DNA of 64,000 nucleotides, from the NCBI GenBank assembly GCA_001643675.2, contig LSRY02000030.1:372001-436000 (forward strand), in the 5' to 3' direction. The notes under the pieces were generated by a model. That model was not told the origin of the DNA, searched no databases, and saw only the letters and a program-made list of their open reading frames with translations. The translations under genes and the position numbers were made by a program. Source of the DNA: Monocercomonoides exilis PA203 (lineage: Eukaryota; Protista; Preaxostyla). Of the stretch, positions 12,901 to 25,000 are shown piece after piece (within the stretch, counting starts at the first letter, position 1; each line of letters opens with the position of its first letter).

Positions 12901-15900
12901 CATCACGCATGCAGCGCAGGTGAGATGTGCAGACACAAACAAGAAGATCGAATTGGATTCGGGATTTGAGCTTGCTGAGGCAGTTGGAATGACAGATGGC
13001 CATGAATGGGAGATTTCATGTGCCACAAAAGGGATGGAGGTTGGTGTGAAAGCACCAGAGAATTTTGAGTCATCTTGTATGATTGAGGTTCAGAGCAAAT
13101 GTTCAATGAGAAACATCAAGTTCAGTATTCCATCTGCTCTGTCTGGTGCATCATCATCATCTCTGATCTCATCCAACTCCACACTCCTCACACTCACTGA
13201 CTGTTCTGTTGCTTGTTCCTCTGAGAATTCCATTGGATATTGTTTTGTGAATGTGATTGGAGGAAAAGTGAAAGTGGAGGGATTGGTGATCACAGAGACC
13301 TTGAGATTTGGAGAACATTCGCTGATTGAGTTTGGTGAAGGGGTGGAATCAGTTGTGTTTTGTGGGTGTGAGGTGAACAACATTGAGAAGAGAAGTGGAG
13401 ATGGGGGATGGGTGAGTGGAGTGGTTGGAGCAGAAAGAGGTGAGGGGAAGAATGGGATAATTGTGATTGAGACGTGTGCTGTTAAGAGGTGCAGGTGTGC
13501 ATGTGGAAGAGGAGGAGGGATGAGTGTTGTTGTGAAGGGGGAAGGGGGCGTTGTTGTGAATGGGAGTTGTGTGATTGATGGGTGTGAGGCGAAGGGTTCA
13601 GAGGAGAGTTCAGATGGGAGAAGTGAAGGGAGAGGTGGAGGGATGATGATTTTGATGGAGAGCAGGGATGGTTCAATGAAAATGGAATCTGGAAGAGAGG
13701 GTTTGTTTGGGGAGAATAACAAAGCTCAATTTGGGAAGGATGTGTTTGTTGAATGTGGTGGAGGAGTGTTGTTGGAGTGGAAAGTGAATGGGAGCTCATT
13801 TTCATTTTTTGATTTTGGTGTGATTCCAACAGATGTGTTGAAGTTGTGTGGGAGTGAGGATGGGAGAGAAGGGGAAGTGATTCCGCTGTTTGTGTATTTG
13901 TGTTCAATGGGAACAAAGCTGAGAGTTGATGGGAGAGGAGAGAGGGCACTGGATCAGAGCCATTGTGGGTTTGAGGAGTTTGGGTGTTTGACAATTGACT
14001 ATTGTGTTGGGAAGAGAGCAAGCAGCAATGTGAATGAAATCGAAGTTATCTCAGAATCATGGATAAAGAATGAGATGAAAGTGATTTCATTTGATTTGAG
14101 TGTTTCAGGGAAAGAAGAAGGGATGAAGGTGTTTGTGAGAGATGAAGGATCAATGAATCAAAACTGGATGATCGAGTGCACAAAATCATTTGAGATGGGT
14201 TATTTGTCATTTGTGCTGAATGAAGAAATGAATGGGAGGAGAAGTGGATTTATTTACTCATCATCATCATCATCAACCATCACAATCAGGAGTTGTTCAG
14301 TCACATTTGGAAATGATGAAATGATTGGATACAATGTGATATGTGTTGAGGGAGGAGGGCTGACTGTGAATGGATTTGTGATGGAAGTGGGAGTGAGAAT
14401 GAATGGGAAATCGCCTATTGTTGTTTCGAATGGAGTTGAATTGGAGATGAATGACAGCCGAATGAGTGGAGTGGAAGTTGTTGGTGGGAGTGGAGGAGGA
14501 GGATGTTTGAATGTGGAGATGGGAGTGAATGGGAATGTGAATGTTGAAGGATGCAATTTGTCATCAGCGTGTTCAGGGGGGAGTGGGATGAAAGGGGGAG
14601 GGATGAAGATATCAGTGGGGAAGGGAGGGAGGTTGGAAATGAAAGGAGTGAAATATTCAGGGTGTGAAGTGCCAAGAGAGGATGTTGAGGAGGGAGAGAG
14701 AGGAATGGGAGGAGGGATGTTTGCTGAACTTGCCAATCAAATGGGAACATTTGTGATGGAAGGGATGGAATTTGAGGGATGCAATGCGTGGAAAGGGAAG
14801 AATGTGTTTGTTTCGGGATGGGATCTGAGAGAGATTGTGAATGAGGAGCACTTCAAATGGGAGATGAGTTCAGAGGAGTTGGGATCATTGGATGAGCTGT
14901 GTGGATGGGAGAGAGCAAGCACAGATGAGGGATATGTGATTCCACTGGTTGTGTATTTGTGGAGGAACTGGAGTGGGGATGGGTTTGTTTCTCGAGAGAA
15001 AGGAGGAGACTTCAGTGGGTGTGGGTATTCAGAAGCACCATGCTCATCGATTGACCACTTGATATCACTTCGATATCCGACACTTGGAGAAAGGGAGACA
15101 CATATTGCCATTGTGGGATCTGGGTTGCTGAGCCATTCCATATCATTTTCATCATCAATTTCAGAGTCACCAAAAGTGGTGATTGAAGGGACAAAGAAAG
15201 GGACAGGGGTGACGATCAGTGATGAAGATGAGAATGGTTTGTCTGATGATGGTTCAATGATCTCCTCGAATGTGAGTCTGTCATTTGTGAATGTGTCATT
15301 CACCAAGCCATCCATCACAACCCATCATGAAGTGTTGATTGAATCATCTGGAACAAACACATTATTGTCTGTCTCTGACTGCTCATTTGGCCCAGGGAAG
15401 GGGGTGGCAGAAAGTTTTGGATACTGCTTGATGAGAGTGAATGGGGGAAGTGTATTTATTGAAAAGTGTTCGTTGAGTTTGATTTCAGAGTTGAAAGGGT
15501 TGATTGCGTTCAGTCCAAGTGCACATGAGGTGACACTTCAGAATGTGAACATCTCATTTGCTGATGTGACAGAAAGAAGCTTGATTTCGATGATGGAAGA
15601 GGATAACCAGATGAATGGGGAACAGAAGGTATTTTCAAATGGGAGCAAACCAGTTTTGAGGGTTGTTGGGTGTTCATTTGCGAACATCACGAATGAAAGG
15701 ACTGGAGCGAGTGTTGTTGATGTGGGATCATTTGAGGATGGGGTGGAGTGTGTGATGGATGAGTGTTCGATGTCGAGTTGCAAGAGTGGTTTGAGTGATG
15801 AAGGAGGGGGGATGAGAGTGGTGCTGAAGAGTGGGGAGTCGGTGTTAAAAGTGAATGGCAGCTCGTTTTCGATTTGCAAATGCTCGAGTGAAACAGGGTG

Positions 15901-18900
15901 TGGAGGAGGGCTGTTCATTGATGGGTCAGACCCACGTGCGAATTATGGAAATGAAAGTCCGATTCCGCCTCTGAATTTCAAGATTGTGAACATCCTGTTT
16001 GTGATGAATGAGGCACATGTGGGGAAAGACATATTTGTCAGATGCCACTCGATTGCTCACCAGATCAACGAAACACTGTTTGCGCTGAACTACAACCAGG
16101 AGTCACTGAACTCGAACAACTCGATCTGTGGGAGGGATGGTTGGAGCGAGGGAGATGTTGATCTGATCCCGCTGATCACATTCTATTATTCGGCACAGGT
16201 GTTTGTGAGTGGGAGAGGGAGTGATGGGAGGGGATGTGGGGCACAGAGCAACCCATGTGCGAGCATCGACTGTGGGGTTGAGCACATCCAAGAAGGGGTG
16301 ATGAATGGGATTCTGATTGATGGAGAAGGGTTTGTAAGGAAGGAGTGTGTGATTGGAGATCTGGTTGTGAATTCATGGAAAAAGACACAGGGGATTGTTC
16401 GGCTGAACTGCAAGATTGAGAAATCAGGTGAGAAGGATTGTGTGATGGAGTTTGTGAATGAATGTTCAGTGGAGAGGTGCTCATTCCAGTTTGAAGATGG
16501 ATTTGAGTCAACTCACAATTGTCTCATGAAAGTGAAGAATGGAATGACGAAAATACAAGAATGTGAATTCTTCTCTTCTCCAACAACAACAGTTGAGTTT
16601 ATGAAGTTGAACAGTTCAATTGTGAGTGTGGAAAGTGGAGAGCTGAAGATACTTGATTCAACATTCAGGGATATTCATTCAACAAGATCGGTGCTTTCAT
16701 TTTGTGAAGAATCAGAAGTGACAATTGATGAAGCAAGAATATCGAATATCGAATGTGAGGGAGATGTTGTGAGTGTTGGAGGGAAAGTGAAAGTGGAGAT
16801 GAAAGAGATGGAAGTTGAGAATGTGACTGTGATGTCAAAGGGGTGTGTGATTGGGATGGAAGATGCTGAGCAAGGTGTGAGTGTGGTGAACAGCTCATTT
16901 GGAATGTGTATGAATTCAGTTGATAAGGGAAGCATGATGCAGATCAGGAATTCCAAAAATGTGAGGATTGAGGCATGTGTGTTTGATGGAGAAATAAAAG
17001 ATGAAATAGTCAATGAAGAAAACAATAGAAAAGAAGGATTATGCAAATGGAATGGGTCATTAGTTGGCGTTGAGAAGAGCATAGTTGAGATGAGGGAAAC
17101 AACAATCAGAAATAGCAAGGGAGGTGGGCTGTGGGTGAGTGGAGGGAATGTGAAGATTGAGAAAGGAGAGTTTGAGAACAATAATCCATCGATTGAGGGA
17201 TATCCATCAGCTCGAAGGAATGCGATTTGTGAAGGGAATGGGGAGTTGAATGTTGTGAGTGTGAAAGGTGGAGATGGATGGAAGGACAACTCATCATTGT
17301 GGATATTGGATGAGGGATGCGAATTGGGAGGGATAGCAACTGAAAGAGGATCATCATTTTTCATCCCCATTTTGGAAGAGGTGAAGAATGTTTCTCAGCC
17401 AAATGGGGATGTGGAGTTGATGATTGTGGGAAAGTTGTTACTGCCATGTGATTCGTCGGTGAAGATGAGCATGAAAAATGGGGATGAAGAGGAGATTGTG
17501 AGAAAGGGGATTGAAGAAGAAGGGTTTGTGTCAGAGAATGAGATTCACTCAGTTATTTCATGTTCGGAATGGGAGAAAGTGAGAGAAGAGACAGAAGTGA
17601 GTGTGTGGATTGTGTTTGGAAAAGCAGACTCTCCTTCATCAACAGAGCGATTTATTGTGAAGAACAAGAGTGAAAGTGTTGGAAAAGAAGATGAAAAACT
17701 TGTTAAAGGAGAGAAAGAAGGAAAGTCTCATTGGTTGCTGATTGTTATAATCATGGCAGTTATTCTATTAATTGTTCTGATTGGATTTATTTTGTTTGTT
17801 GTCAGATGGAGTAAGCAAAAGAGAAGAACAAAGGAATTGGAAGAGATTGTGAATGACACGGTGAGAAAAGATCCAAAGCTGATTGAGATGACAACAATGG
17901 AGATGTCTCCAGAGGAGCAGTGGAGGAGAGCCGAGAAGGAGGCAGAGAAGAAGAATGAAGAGAAAATGAAGAAGAGGGTTTATGAGAAAAGCTTGGGACA
18001 TTCAGAGTCTTCAGAGCATCTTCTATCTGAGAGTGGCTCAACCGAATATATTTTGGGGAGAGATTCAGACAAAATACCTCAATGGATGCTGGAGAAAGTG
18101 GATGAGAAAGAAGAAGAGGAAACAAGAAAGAGAACACCATCACCATCAATTTCATCAACTTCAACAACAGATTCAGATTCAACATTTGTTCGATCGGAGA
18201 GTCTGTGTCCCGCCACCTCGTCGATGTCCAATCTGGTGGATGCAATGGCCTGTTCATCACCACATGAGAAGCTGATTGTGGATCTGAGGGATTCACTGTT
18301 CATGTTGTTGCATGGAAGAAATAAAACAAAGGAGATGGCGATTGGCACTCTGCAGGAGAGGGAGCAGACAGCTGCTCAGATCCTGTTCTGGGTGGCCAAT
18401 CTGGCACTCCACTCGTTTGATGAGATGGAAAATGGATTATCTTCCCTCTCCACTCTGAGTCCTCACATTGTACTGTTTTCTGAGCACATGGTGATCTGCA
18501 TCGTGATGCACTCTGACTTCTCGTCTGATGATGATTCAGACTCATCCTCCATCTCTTCATCAACAGTTGTGACATCTGCCAGTGATGATGATGATAGTGA
18601 TTCTCTGCCCTCGTCTGCCTTTGAGGATGATGAATACAACAGAAAAGAGTGTTTGAGGTGGATGGCACCAGAGCTACTGACAAACAAGAAGATGGGAGCA
18701 ACGAAGGAGTCGGTGGTATTCTCGATTGGGATGATGCTGTGGGAGTGCTTGACTCTGGAGATCCCGTTTGGAGAGTATGAAGGGGAAGTGGCTGGGCAGA
18801 AGATTGTGAATGGGGAGAGGCCGGATTTGTCAGTTGTGAAAAGTTTCACGATGAAAGGGATAATTGGGAAATGTATTGAAGAAAGTGCAGAAGAGCGGAC

Positions 18901-19048
18901 GGGGCTGGGGGATGTGAAGAGGGGGCTGACACAGTGTCTGCCAGCAGGGTCGCTGATCTTCACGATGACAGATGCGATGGACTATGTTGGAGAGTCATGT
19001 GCCGATGGAGGAAGCGAGTGTTTGGTGTCGAACACAGGAACAGAATGA
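9935..19048 (+). CDS. Giant receptor-like type-I membrane protein with beta-helix-like ectodomain and TKL-like pseudokinase (gene A, 3037 aa, intronless)
   Basis: Single 3037-aa ORF with an N-terminal hydrophobic signal, GG(G/A)(I/L/M) and FxxC/FxxN repeats and five V-x-x-G-x-D...CG...(P)C cap motifs. TM HWLLIVIIMAVILLIVLIGFILFVVRW+KQKRR is followed by kinase C-lobe motifs LRWMAPE, VFSIGMMLWECLTLEIPF and GERP. Confidence 0.9.
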   Translation: MLSVMRIFAFCIYLLHVNLIATKEDLKWIGVNMKEEKDFEMNGNLIQTYKIFSNDGFMNYEEDGGRLMEKTKKNEVHGSIFQKNEEKSKEEFGGEIGILKNVNIQQFSEIEGCLECFNSSIMEMKLLMREKGSKRILIAKRGSILSMRECILFEGQHLSPFELEGSFGSFVNISIQQNVEGLNIFSPLFTSEQFNNDISKSSIISLSESHFSSFCVSSPPFLSSPSIHLVSLFHLKFFNISSAPDTCSSPTTTSTQTTCLMNSCSFSSVFDVYDGGIVTSLNNPLASLSVSNTSFVWCCRTRNVKCEGTSEVSLKPDRQNETTDGANAFIWCEWNGSKTTGTNDSWMDITSNGGAICMFEKLNAIVSIEHCFFNDCYANYDGGGIMCANVSSIQIANNTFNSCNSKRNAGGGICIYSISSCVRISGCYFENCKANNYGGGLCIDNFNTSGTICVGTENGEVKSACIFDCSFTTCSVTHNGGGGLFCRKVPEQFKIKSIQFISCSAFREGGGLCLHPNRATAPDNKLYCFFLLFHECSYRDATYPRGNDAIYYDNNNLYFDSGNPFYECYTTNADDKRICFAYNYSNAGAWTFDQTSKKDWLKDKTIYVSVNGSDGYELCGSNESNPCLTAKKAFEMCEVQISLAITLMEGNHISEATTIEIGEKKISVIGKGKDKSSIGTRTLSSARALFSVTTGHLGMSHLKVDCNSTAGTSPSVVVVSDGSGSLSLEDVLITTSKTGDYVISSSVFVVPLSQLSMVGVEIKDMNISQPLFSEPDLSSSSFSSSSLFLTATSSGESTLANLTVRNVKLTEGDGVVVAKSVAEGETFVVQNATIEDCVCENGSGGGIKVELETDKSKLQVEATTTIKRCTSGKYGGGMMLYLADNSFDFSIVSVDFSGCSASLGGNYVFVNGSDSASWGISSSTLNVQHDESKYNELVGYDRSDTTMGLFPLNVFLDRYPSVAHVGKGKDGLGGYDSWFCGFDYYPCATITHAAQVRCADTNKKIELDSGFELAEAVGMTDGHEWEISCATKGMEVGVKAPENFESSCMIEVQSKCSMRNIKFSIPSALSGASSSSLISSNSTLLTLTDCSVACSSENSIGYCFVNVIGGKVKVEGLVITETLRFGEHSLIEFGEGVESVVFCGCEVNNIEKRSGDGGWVSGVVGAERGEGKNGIIVIETCAVKRCRCACGRGGGMSVVVKGEGGVVVNGSCVIDGCEAKGSEESSDGRSEGRGGGMMILMESRDGSMKMESGREGLFGENNKAQFGKDVFVECGGGVLLEWKVNGSSFSFFDFGVIPTDVLKLCGSEDGREGEVIPLFVYLCSMGTKLRVDGRGERALDQSHCGFEEFGCLTIDYCVGKRASSNVNEIEVISESWIKNEMKVISFDLSVSGKEEGMKVFVRDEGSMNQNWMIECTKSFEMGYLSFVLNEEMNGRRSGFIYSSSSSSTITIRSCSVTFGNDEMIGYNVICVEGGGLTVNGFVMEVGVRMNGKSPIVVSNGVELEMNDSRMSGVEVVGGSGGGGCLNVEMGVNGNVNVEGCNLSSACSGGSGMKGGGMKISVGKGGRLEMKGVKYSGCEVPREDVEEGERGMGGGMFAELANQMGTFVMEGMEFEGCNAWKGKNVFVSGWDLREIVNEEHFKWEMSSEELGSLDELCGWERASTDEGYVIPLVVYLWRNWSGDGFVSREKGGDFSGCGYSEAPCSSIDHLISLRYPTLGERETHIAIVGSGLLSHSISFSSSISESPKVVIEGTKKGTGVTISDEDENGLSDDGSMISSNVSLSFVNVSFTKPSITTHHEVLIESSGTNTLLSVSDCSFGPGKGVAESFGYCLMRVNGGSVFIEKCSLSLISELKGLIAFSPSAHEVTLQNVNISFADVTERSLISMMEEDNQMNGEQKVFSNGSKPVLRVVGCSFANITNERTGASVVDVGSFEDGVECVMDECSMSSCKSGLSDEGGGMRVVLKSGESVLKVNGSSFSICKCSSETGCGGGLFIDGSDPRANYGNESPIPPLNFKIVNILFVMNEAHVGKDIFVRCHSIAHQINETLFALNYNQESLNSNNSICGRDGWSEGDVDLIPLITFYYSAQVFVSGRGSDGRGCGAQSNPCASIDCGVEHIQEGVMNGILIDGEGFVRKECVIGDLVVNSWKKTQGIVRLNCKIEKSGEKDCVMEFVNECSVERCSFQFEDGFESTHNCLMKVKNGMTKIQECEFFSSPTTTVEFMKLNSSIVSVESGELKILDSTFRDIHSTRSVLSFCEESEVTIDEARISNIECEGDVVSVGGKVKVEMKEMEVENVTVMSKGCVIGMEDAEQGVSVVNSSFGMCMNSVDKGSMMQIRNSKNVRIEACVFDGEIKDEIVNEENNRKEGLCKWNGSLVGVEKSIVEMRETTIRNSKGGGLWVSGGNVKIEKGEFENNNPSIEGYPSARRNAICEGNGELNVVSVKGGDGWKDNSSLWILDEGCELGGIATERGSSFFIPILEEVKNVSQPNGDVELMIVGKLLLPCDSSVKMSMKNGDEEEIVRKGIEEEGFVSENEIHSVISCSEWEKVREETEVSVWIVFGKADSPSSTERFIVKNKSESVGKEDEKLVKGEKEGKSHWLLIVIIMAVILLIVLIGFILFVVRWSKQKRRTKELEEIVNDTVRKDPKLIEMTTMEMSPEEQWRRAEKEAEKKNEEKMKKRVYEKSLGHSESSEHLLSESGSTEYILGRDSDKIPQWMLEKVDEKEEEETRKRTPSPSISSTSTTDSDSTFVRSESLCPATSSMSNLVDAMACSSPHEKLIVDLRDSLFMLLHGRNKTKEMAIGTLQEREQTAAQILFWVANLALHSFDEMENGLSSLSTLSPHIVLFSEHMVICIVMHSDFSSDDDSDSSSISSSTVVTSASDDDDSDSLPSSAFEDDEYNRKECLRWMAPELLTNKKMGATKESVVFSIGMMLWECLTLEIPFGEYEGEVAGQKIVNGERPDLSVVKSFTMKGIIGKCIEESAEERTGLGDVKRGLTQCLPAGSLIFTMTDAMDYVGESCADGGSECLVSNTGTE

Positions 19049-22000
19049 AATTTGGGGAAGAGAGGGGATGAGGATGCTGATTGAGATGAATTGGATGAAA
19101 TGGGTGGATGAGTCTTGAAGCAGGGGGCTAATGTGAGTGTGCGTGGGGATGGGGTAAGGGAAGGAGAAAGGGAAGGAGATTGGGAAGGGGATGTGGGTGT
19201 GCAAAGTGGAGTGTGACGTTGCTGTCGCAGCGTGTTGAACTTTGCAAGAGGGAGCCGAACAGAAAGTGAAGGGCATGAGAGTGATGGGCAGGAAAAAGTT
19301 CAGTATCTGGAAATGTGCTTTATTCTGCAAGTGGAGAGAATCGGATGATCATTTCATTGATTGATTGATTGTGTGTGTATATTTTTCTTGTTTTTTTGTG
19401 TTTCATGTTTTATTTGAGAATTTTATTTTTTAACATTTTGTGTTTGGTTTGAGAGAAATACTCAGAATTGAATGGAGCAATTTTATTTTGAGAAATGAAT
19501 TTAATGAATATGTGTGAAAAGGTGACTTAATTCAATAAATAATTTTTTTTTAATATTCTGTATATGAAAATTTCAACTTTTTGAAAATGTTATTATTAAC
19601 CATTTTAATTAAACAAAAAATTGAAAAAAAAGGTTTTAAACTTATATTTAAATTATATCGAATTAAAATTAAATTCGTTTTTTATTAAGAGTCTTTGAAT
19701 GAATATGAAAAACAAAAAATGCTTCATTAATAATCCTATCTAGATAATTATTTTGATGTCTTGATAATATACACGTTACACATTCTTTTATTGTTCAGAT
19801 ATTATTCGGTTATGCGAATGTTTGCGCTTATCAATTCCACTTCCTAAGAAAAAAAGATAAGATAAGATAAGATTCAAATAAACTCAACTTTGTTTAACCT
19901 TCCAAGTTCAAGGCAAACTTTTTCTCCTATTTGTATATTTAATCACAAAAGAGATTGACTTCCATTCAATTCTGAGTATTTCTCTCAAACCAAACACAAA
20001 ATGTTAAAAAATAAAATTCTCAAATAAAACATGAAACACAAAAAAACAAGAAAAATATACACACACAATCAATCAATCAATGAAATGATCATCCGATTCT
20101 CTCCACTTGCAGAATAAAGCACATTTCCAGATACTGAACTTTTTCCTGCCCATCACTCTCATGCCCTTCACTTTCTGTTCGGCTCCCTCTTGCAAAGTTC
20201 AACACGCTGCGACAGCAACGTCACACTCCACTTTGCACACCCACATCCCCTTCCCAATCTCCTTCCCTTTCTCCTTCCCTTACCCCATCCCCACGCACAC
20301 TCACATTAGCCCCCTGCTTCAAGACTCATCCACCCATTTCATCCAATTCATCTCAATCAGCATCCTCATCCCCTCTCTTCCCCAAATTTCATTCTGTTCC
20401 TGTGTTCGACACCAAACACTCGCTTCCTCCATCGGCACATGACTCTCCAACATAGTCCATCGCATCTGTCATCGTGAAGATCAGCGACCCTGCTGGCAGA
20501 CACTGTGTCAGCCCCCTCTTCACATCCCCCAGCCCCGTCCGCTCTTCTGCACTTTCTTCAATACATTTCCCAATTATCCCTTTCATCGTGAAACTTTTCA
20601 CAACTGACAAATCCGGCCTCTCCCCATTCACAATCTTCTGCCCAGCCACTTCCCCTTCATACTCTCCAAACGGGATCTCCAGAGTCAAGCACTCCCACAG
20701 CATCATCCCAATCGAGAATACCACCGACTCCTTCGTTGCTCCCATCTTCTTGTTTGTCAGTAGCTCTGGTGCCATCCACCTCAAACACTCTTTTCTGTTG
20801 TATTCATCATCCTCAAAGGCAGACGAGGGCAGAGAATCACTATCATCATCATCACTGGCAGATGTCACAACTGTTGATGAAGAGATGGAGGATGAGTCTG
20901 AATCATCATCAGACGAGAAGTCAGAGTGCATCACGATGCAGATCACCATGTGCTCAGAAAACAGTACAATGTGAGGACTCAGAGTGGAGAGGGAAGATAA
21001 TCCATTTTCCATCTCATCAAACGAGTGGAGTGCCAGATTGGCCACCCAGAACAGGATCTGAGCAGCTGTCTGCTCCCTCTCCTGCAGAGTGCCAATCGCC
21101 ATCTCCTTTGTTTTATTTCTTCCATGCAACAACATGAACAGTGAATCCCTCAGATCCACAATCAGCTTCTCATGTGGTGATGAACAGGCCATTGCATCCA
21201 CCAGATTGGACATCGACGAGGTGGCGGGACACAGACTCTCCGATCGAACAAATGTTGAATCTGAATCTGTTGTTGAAGTTGATGAAATTGATGGTGATGG
21301 TGTTCTCTTTCTTGTTTCCTCTTCTTCTTTCTCATCCACTTTCTCCAGCATCCATTGAGGTATTTTGTCTGAATCTCTCCCCAAAATATATTCGGTTGAG
21401 CCACTCTCAGATAGAAGATGCTCTGAAGACTCTGAATGTCCCAAGCTTTTCTCATAAACCCTCTTCTTCATTTTCTCTTCATTCTTCTTCTCTGCCTCCT
21501 TCTCGGCTCTCCTCCACTGCTCCTCTGGAGACATCTCCATTGTTGTCATCTCAATCAGCTTTGGATCTTTTCTCACCGTGTCATTCACAATCTCTTCCAA
21601 TTCCTTTGTTCTTCTCTTTTGCTTACTCCATCTGACAACAAACAAAATAAATCCAATCAGAACAATTAATAGAATAACTGCCATGATTATAACAATCAGC
21701 AACCAATGAGACTTTCCTTCTTTCTCTCCTTTAACAAGTTTTTCATCTTCTTTTCCAACACTTTCACTCTTGTTCTTCACAATAAATCGCTCTGTTGATG
21801 AAGGAGAGTCTGCTTTTCCAAACACAATCCACACACTCACTTCTGTCTCTTCTCTCACTTTCTCCCATTCCGAACATGAAATAACTGAGTGAATCTCATT
21901 CTCTGACACAAACCCTTCTTCTTCAATCCCCTTTCTCACAATCTCCTCTTCATCCCCATTTTTCATGCTCATCTTCACCGACGAATCACATGGCAGTAAC

Positions 22001-25000
22001 AACTTTCCCACAATCATCAACTCCACATCCCCATTTGGCTGAGAAACATTCTTCACCTCTTCCAAAATGGGGATGAAAAATGATGATCCTCTTTCAGTTG
22101 CTATCCCTCCCAATTCGCATCCCTCATCCAATATCCACAATGATGAGTTGTCCTTCCATCCATCTCCACCTTTCACACTCACAACATTCAACTCCCCATT
22201 CCCTTCACAAATCGCATTCCTTCGAGCTGATGGATATCCCTCAATCGATGGATTATTGTTCTCAAACTCTCCTTTCTCAATCTTCACATTCCCTCCACTC
22301 ACCCACAGCCCACCTCCCTTGCTATTTCTGATTGTTGTTTCCCTCATCTCAACTATGCTCTTCTCAACGCCAACTAATGACCCATTCCATTTGCATAATC
22401 CTTCTTTTCTATTGTTTTCTTCATTGACTATTTCATCTTTTATTTCTCCATCAAACACACATGCCTCAATCCTCACATTTTTGGAATTCCTGATCTGCAT
22501 CATGCTTCCCTTATCAACTGAATTCATACACATTCCAAATGAGCTGTTCACCACACTCACACCTTGCTCAGCATCTTCCATCCCAATCACACACCCCTTT
22601 GACATCACAGTCACATTCTCAACTTCCATCTCTTTCATCTCCACTTTCACTTTCCCTCCAACACTCACAACATCTCCCTCACATTCGATATTCGATATTC
22701 TTGCTTCATCAATTGTCACTTCTGATTCTTCACAAAATGAAAGCACCGATCTTGTTGAATGAATATCCCTGAATGTTGAATCAAGTATCTTCAGCTCTCC
22801 ACTTTCCACACTCACAATTGAACTGTTCAACTTCATAAACTCAACTGTTGTTGTTGGAGAAGAGAAGAATTCACATTCTTGTATTTTCGTCATTCCATTC
22901 TTCACTTTCATGAGACAATTGTGAGTTGACTCAAATCCATCTTCAAACTGGAATGAGCACCTCTCCACTGAACATTCATTCACAAACTCCATCACACAAT
23001 CCTTCTCACCTGATTTCTCAATCTTGCAGTTCAGCCGAACAATCCCCTGTGTCTTTTTCCATGAATTCACAACCAGATCTCCAATCACACACTCCTTCCT
23101 TACAAACCCTTCTCCATCAATCAGAATCCCATTCATCACCCCTTCTTGGATGTGCTCAACCCCACAGTCGATGCTCGCACATGGGTTGCTCTGTGCCCCA
23201 CATCCCCTCCCATCACTCCCTCTCCCACTCACAAACACCTGTGCCGAATAATAGAATGTGATCAGCGGGATCAGATCAACATCTCCCTCGCTCCAACCAT
23301 CCCTCCCACAGATCGAGTTGTTCGAGTTCAGTGACTCCTGGTTGTAGTTCAGCGCAAACAGTGTTTCGTTGATCTGGTGAGCAATCGAGTGGCATCTGAC
23401 AAATATGTCTTTCCCCACATGTGCCTCATTCATCACAAACAGGATGTTCACAATCTTGAAATTCAGAGGCGGAATCGGACTTTCATTTCCATAATTCGCA
23501 CGTGGGTCTGACCCATCAATGAACAGCCCTCCTCCACACCCTGTTTCACTCGAGCATTTGCAAATCGAAAACGAGCTGCCATTCACTTTTAACACCGACT
23601 CCCCACTCTTCAGCACCACTCTCATCCCCCCTCCTTCATCACTCAAACCACTCTTGCAACTCGACATCGAACACTCATCCATCACACACTCCACCCCATC
23701 CTCAAATGATCCCACATCAACAACACTCGCTCCAGTCCTTTCATTCGTGATGTTCGCAAATGAACACCCAACAACCCTCAAAACTGGTTTGCTCCCATTT
23801 GAAAATACCTTCTGTTCCCCATTCATCTGGTTATCCTCTTCCATCATCGAAATCAAGCTTCTTTCTATCACATCAGCAAATGAGATGTTCACATTCTGAA
23901 GTGTCACCTCGTGTGCACTTGGACTGAACGCAATCAACCCTTTCAACTCTGAAATCAAACTCAACGAACACTTTTCAATAAATACACTTCCCCCATTCAC
24001 TCTCATCAAGCAGTATCCAAAACTTTCTGCCACCCCCTTCCCTGGGCCAAATGAGCAGTCAGAGACAGACAATAATGTGTTTGTTCCAGATGATTCAATC
24101 AACACTTCATGATGGGTTGTGATGGATGGCTTGGTGAATGACACATTCACAAATGACAGACTCACATTCGAGGAGATCATTGAACCATCATCAGACAAAC
24201 CATTCTCATCTTCATCACTGATCGTCACCCCTGTCCCTTTCTTTGTCCCTTCAATCACCACTTTTGGTGACTCTGAAATTGATGATGAAAATGATATGGA
24301 ATGGCTCAGCAACCCAGATCCCACAATGGCAATATGTGTCTCCCTTTCTCCAAGTGTCGGATATCGAAGTGATATCAAGTGGTCAATCGATGAGCATGGT
24401 GCTTCTGAATACCCACACCCACTGAAGTCTCCTCCTTTCTCTCGAGAAACAAACCCATCCCCACTCCAGTTCCTCCACAAATACACAACCAGTGGAATCA
24501 CATATCCCTCATCTGTGCTTGCTCTCTCCCATCCACACAGCTCATCCAATGATCCCAACTCCTCTGAACTCATCTCCCATTTGAAGTGCTCCTCATTCAC
24601 AATCTCTCTCAGATCCCATCCCGAAACAAACACATTCTTCCCTTTCCACGCATTGCATCCCTCAAATTCCATCCCTTCCATCACAAATGTTCCCATTTGA
24701 TTGGCAAGTTCAGCAAACATCCCTCCTCCCATTCCTCTCTCTCCCTCCTCAACATCCTCTCTTGGCACTTCACACCCTGAATATTTCACTCCTTTCATTT
24801 CCAACCTCCCTCCCTTCCCCACTGATATCTTCATCCCTCCCCCTTTCATCCCACTCCCCCCTGAACACGCTGATGACAAATTGCATCCTTCAACATTCAC
24901 ATTCCCATTCACTCCCATCTCCACATTCAAACATCCTCCTCCTCCACTCCCACCAACAACTTCCACTCCACTCATTCGGCTGTCATTCATCTCCAATTCA

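Noticed and set aside
18995-20442. Identical 111-aa ORFs (18995-19330 - and 20107-20442 +)
   Set aside because: Non-ATG start, antisense to the purine-rich 3' region, and identity is explained by the inverted repeat.
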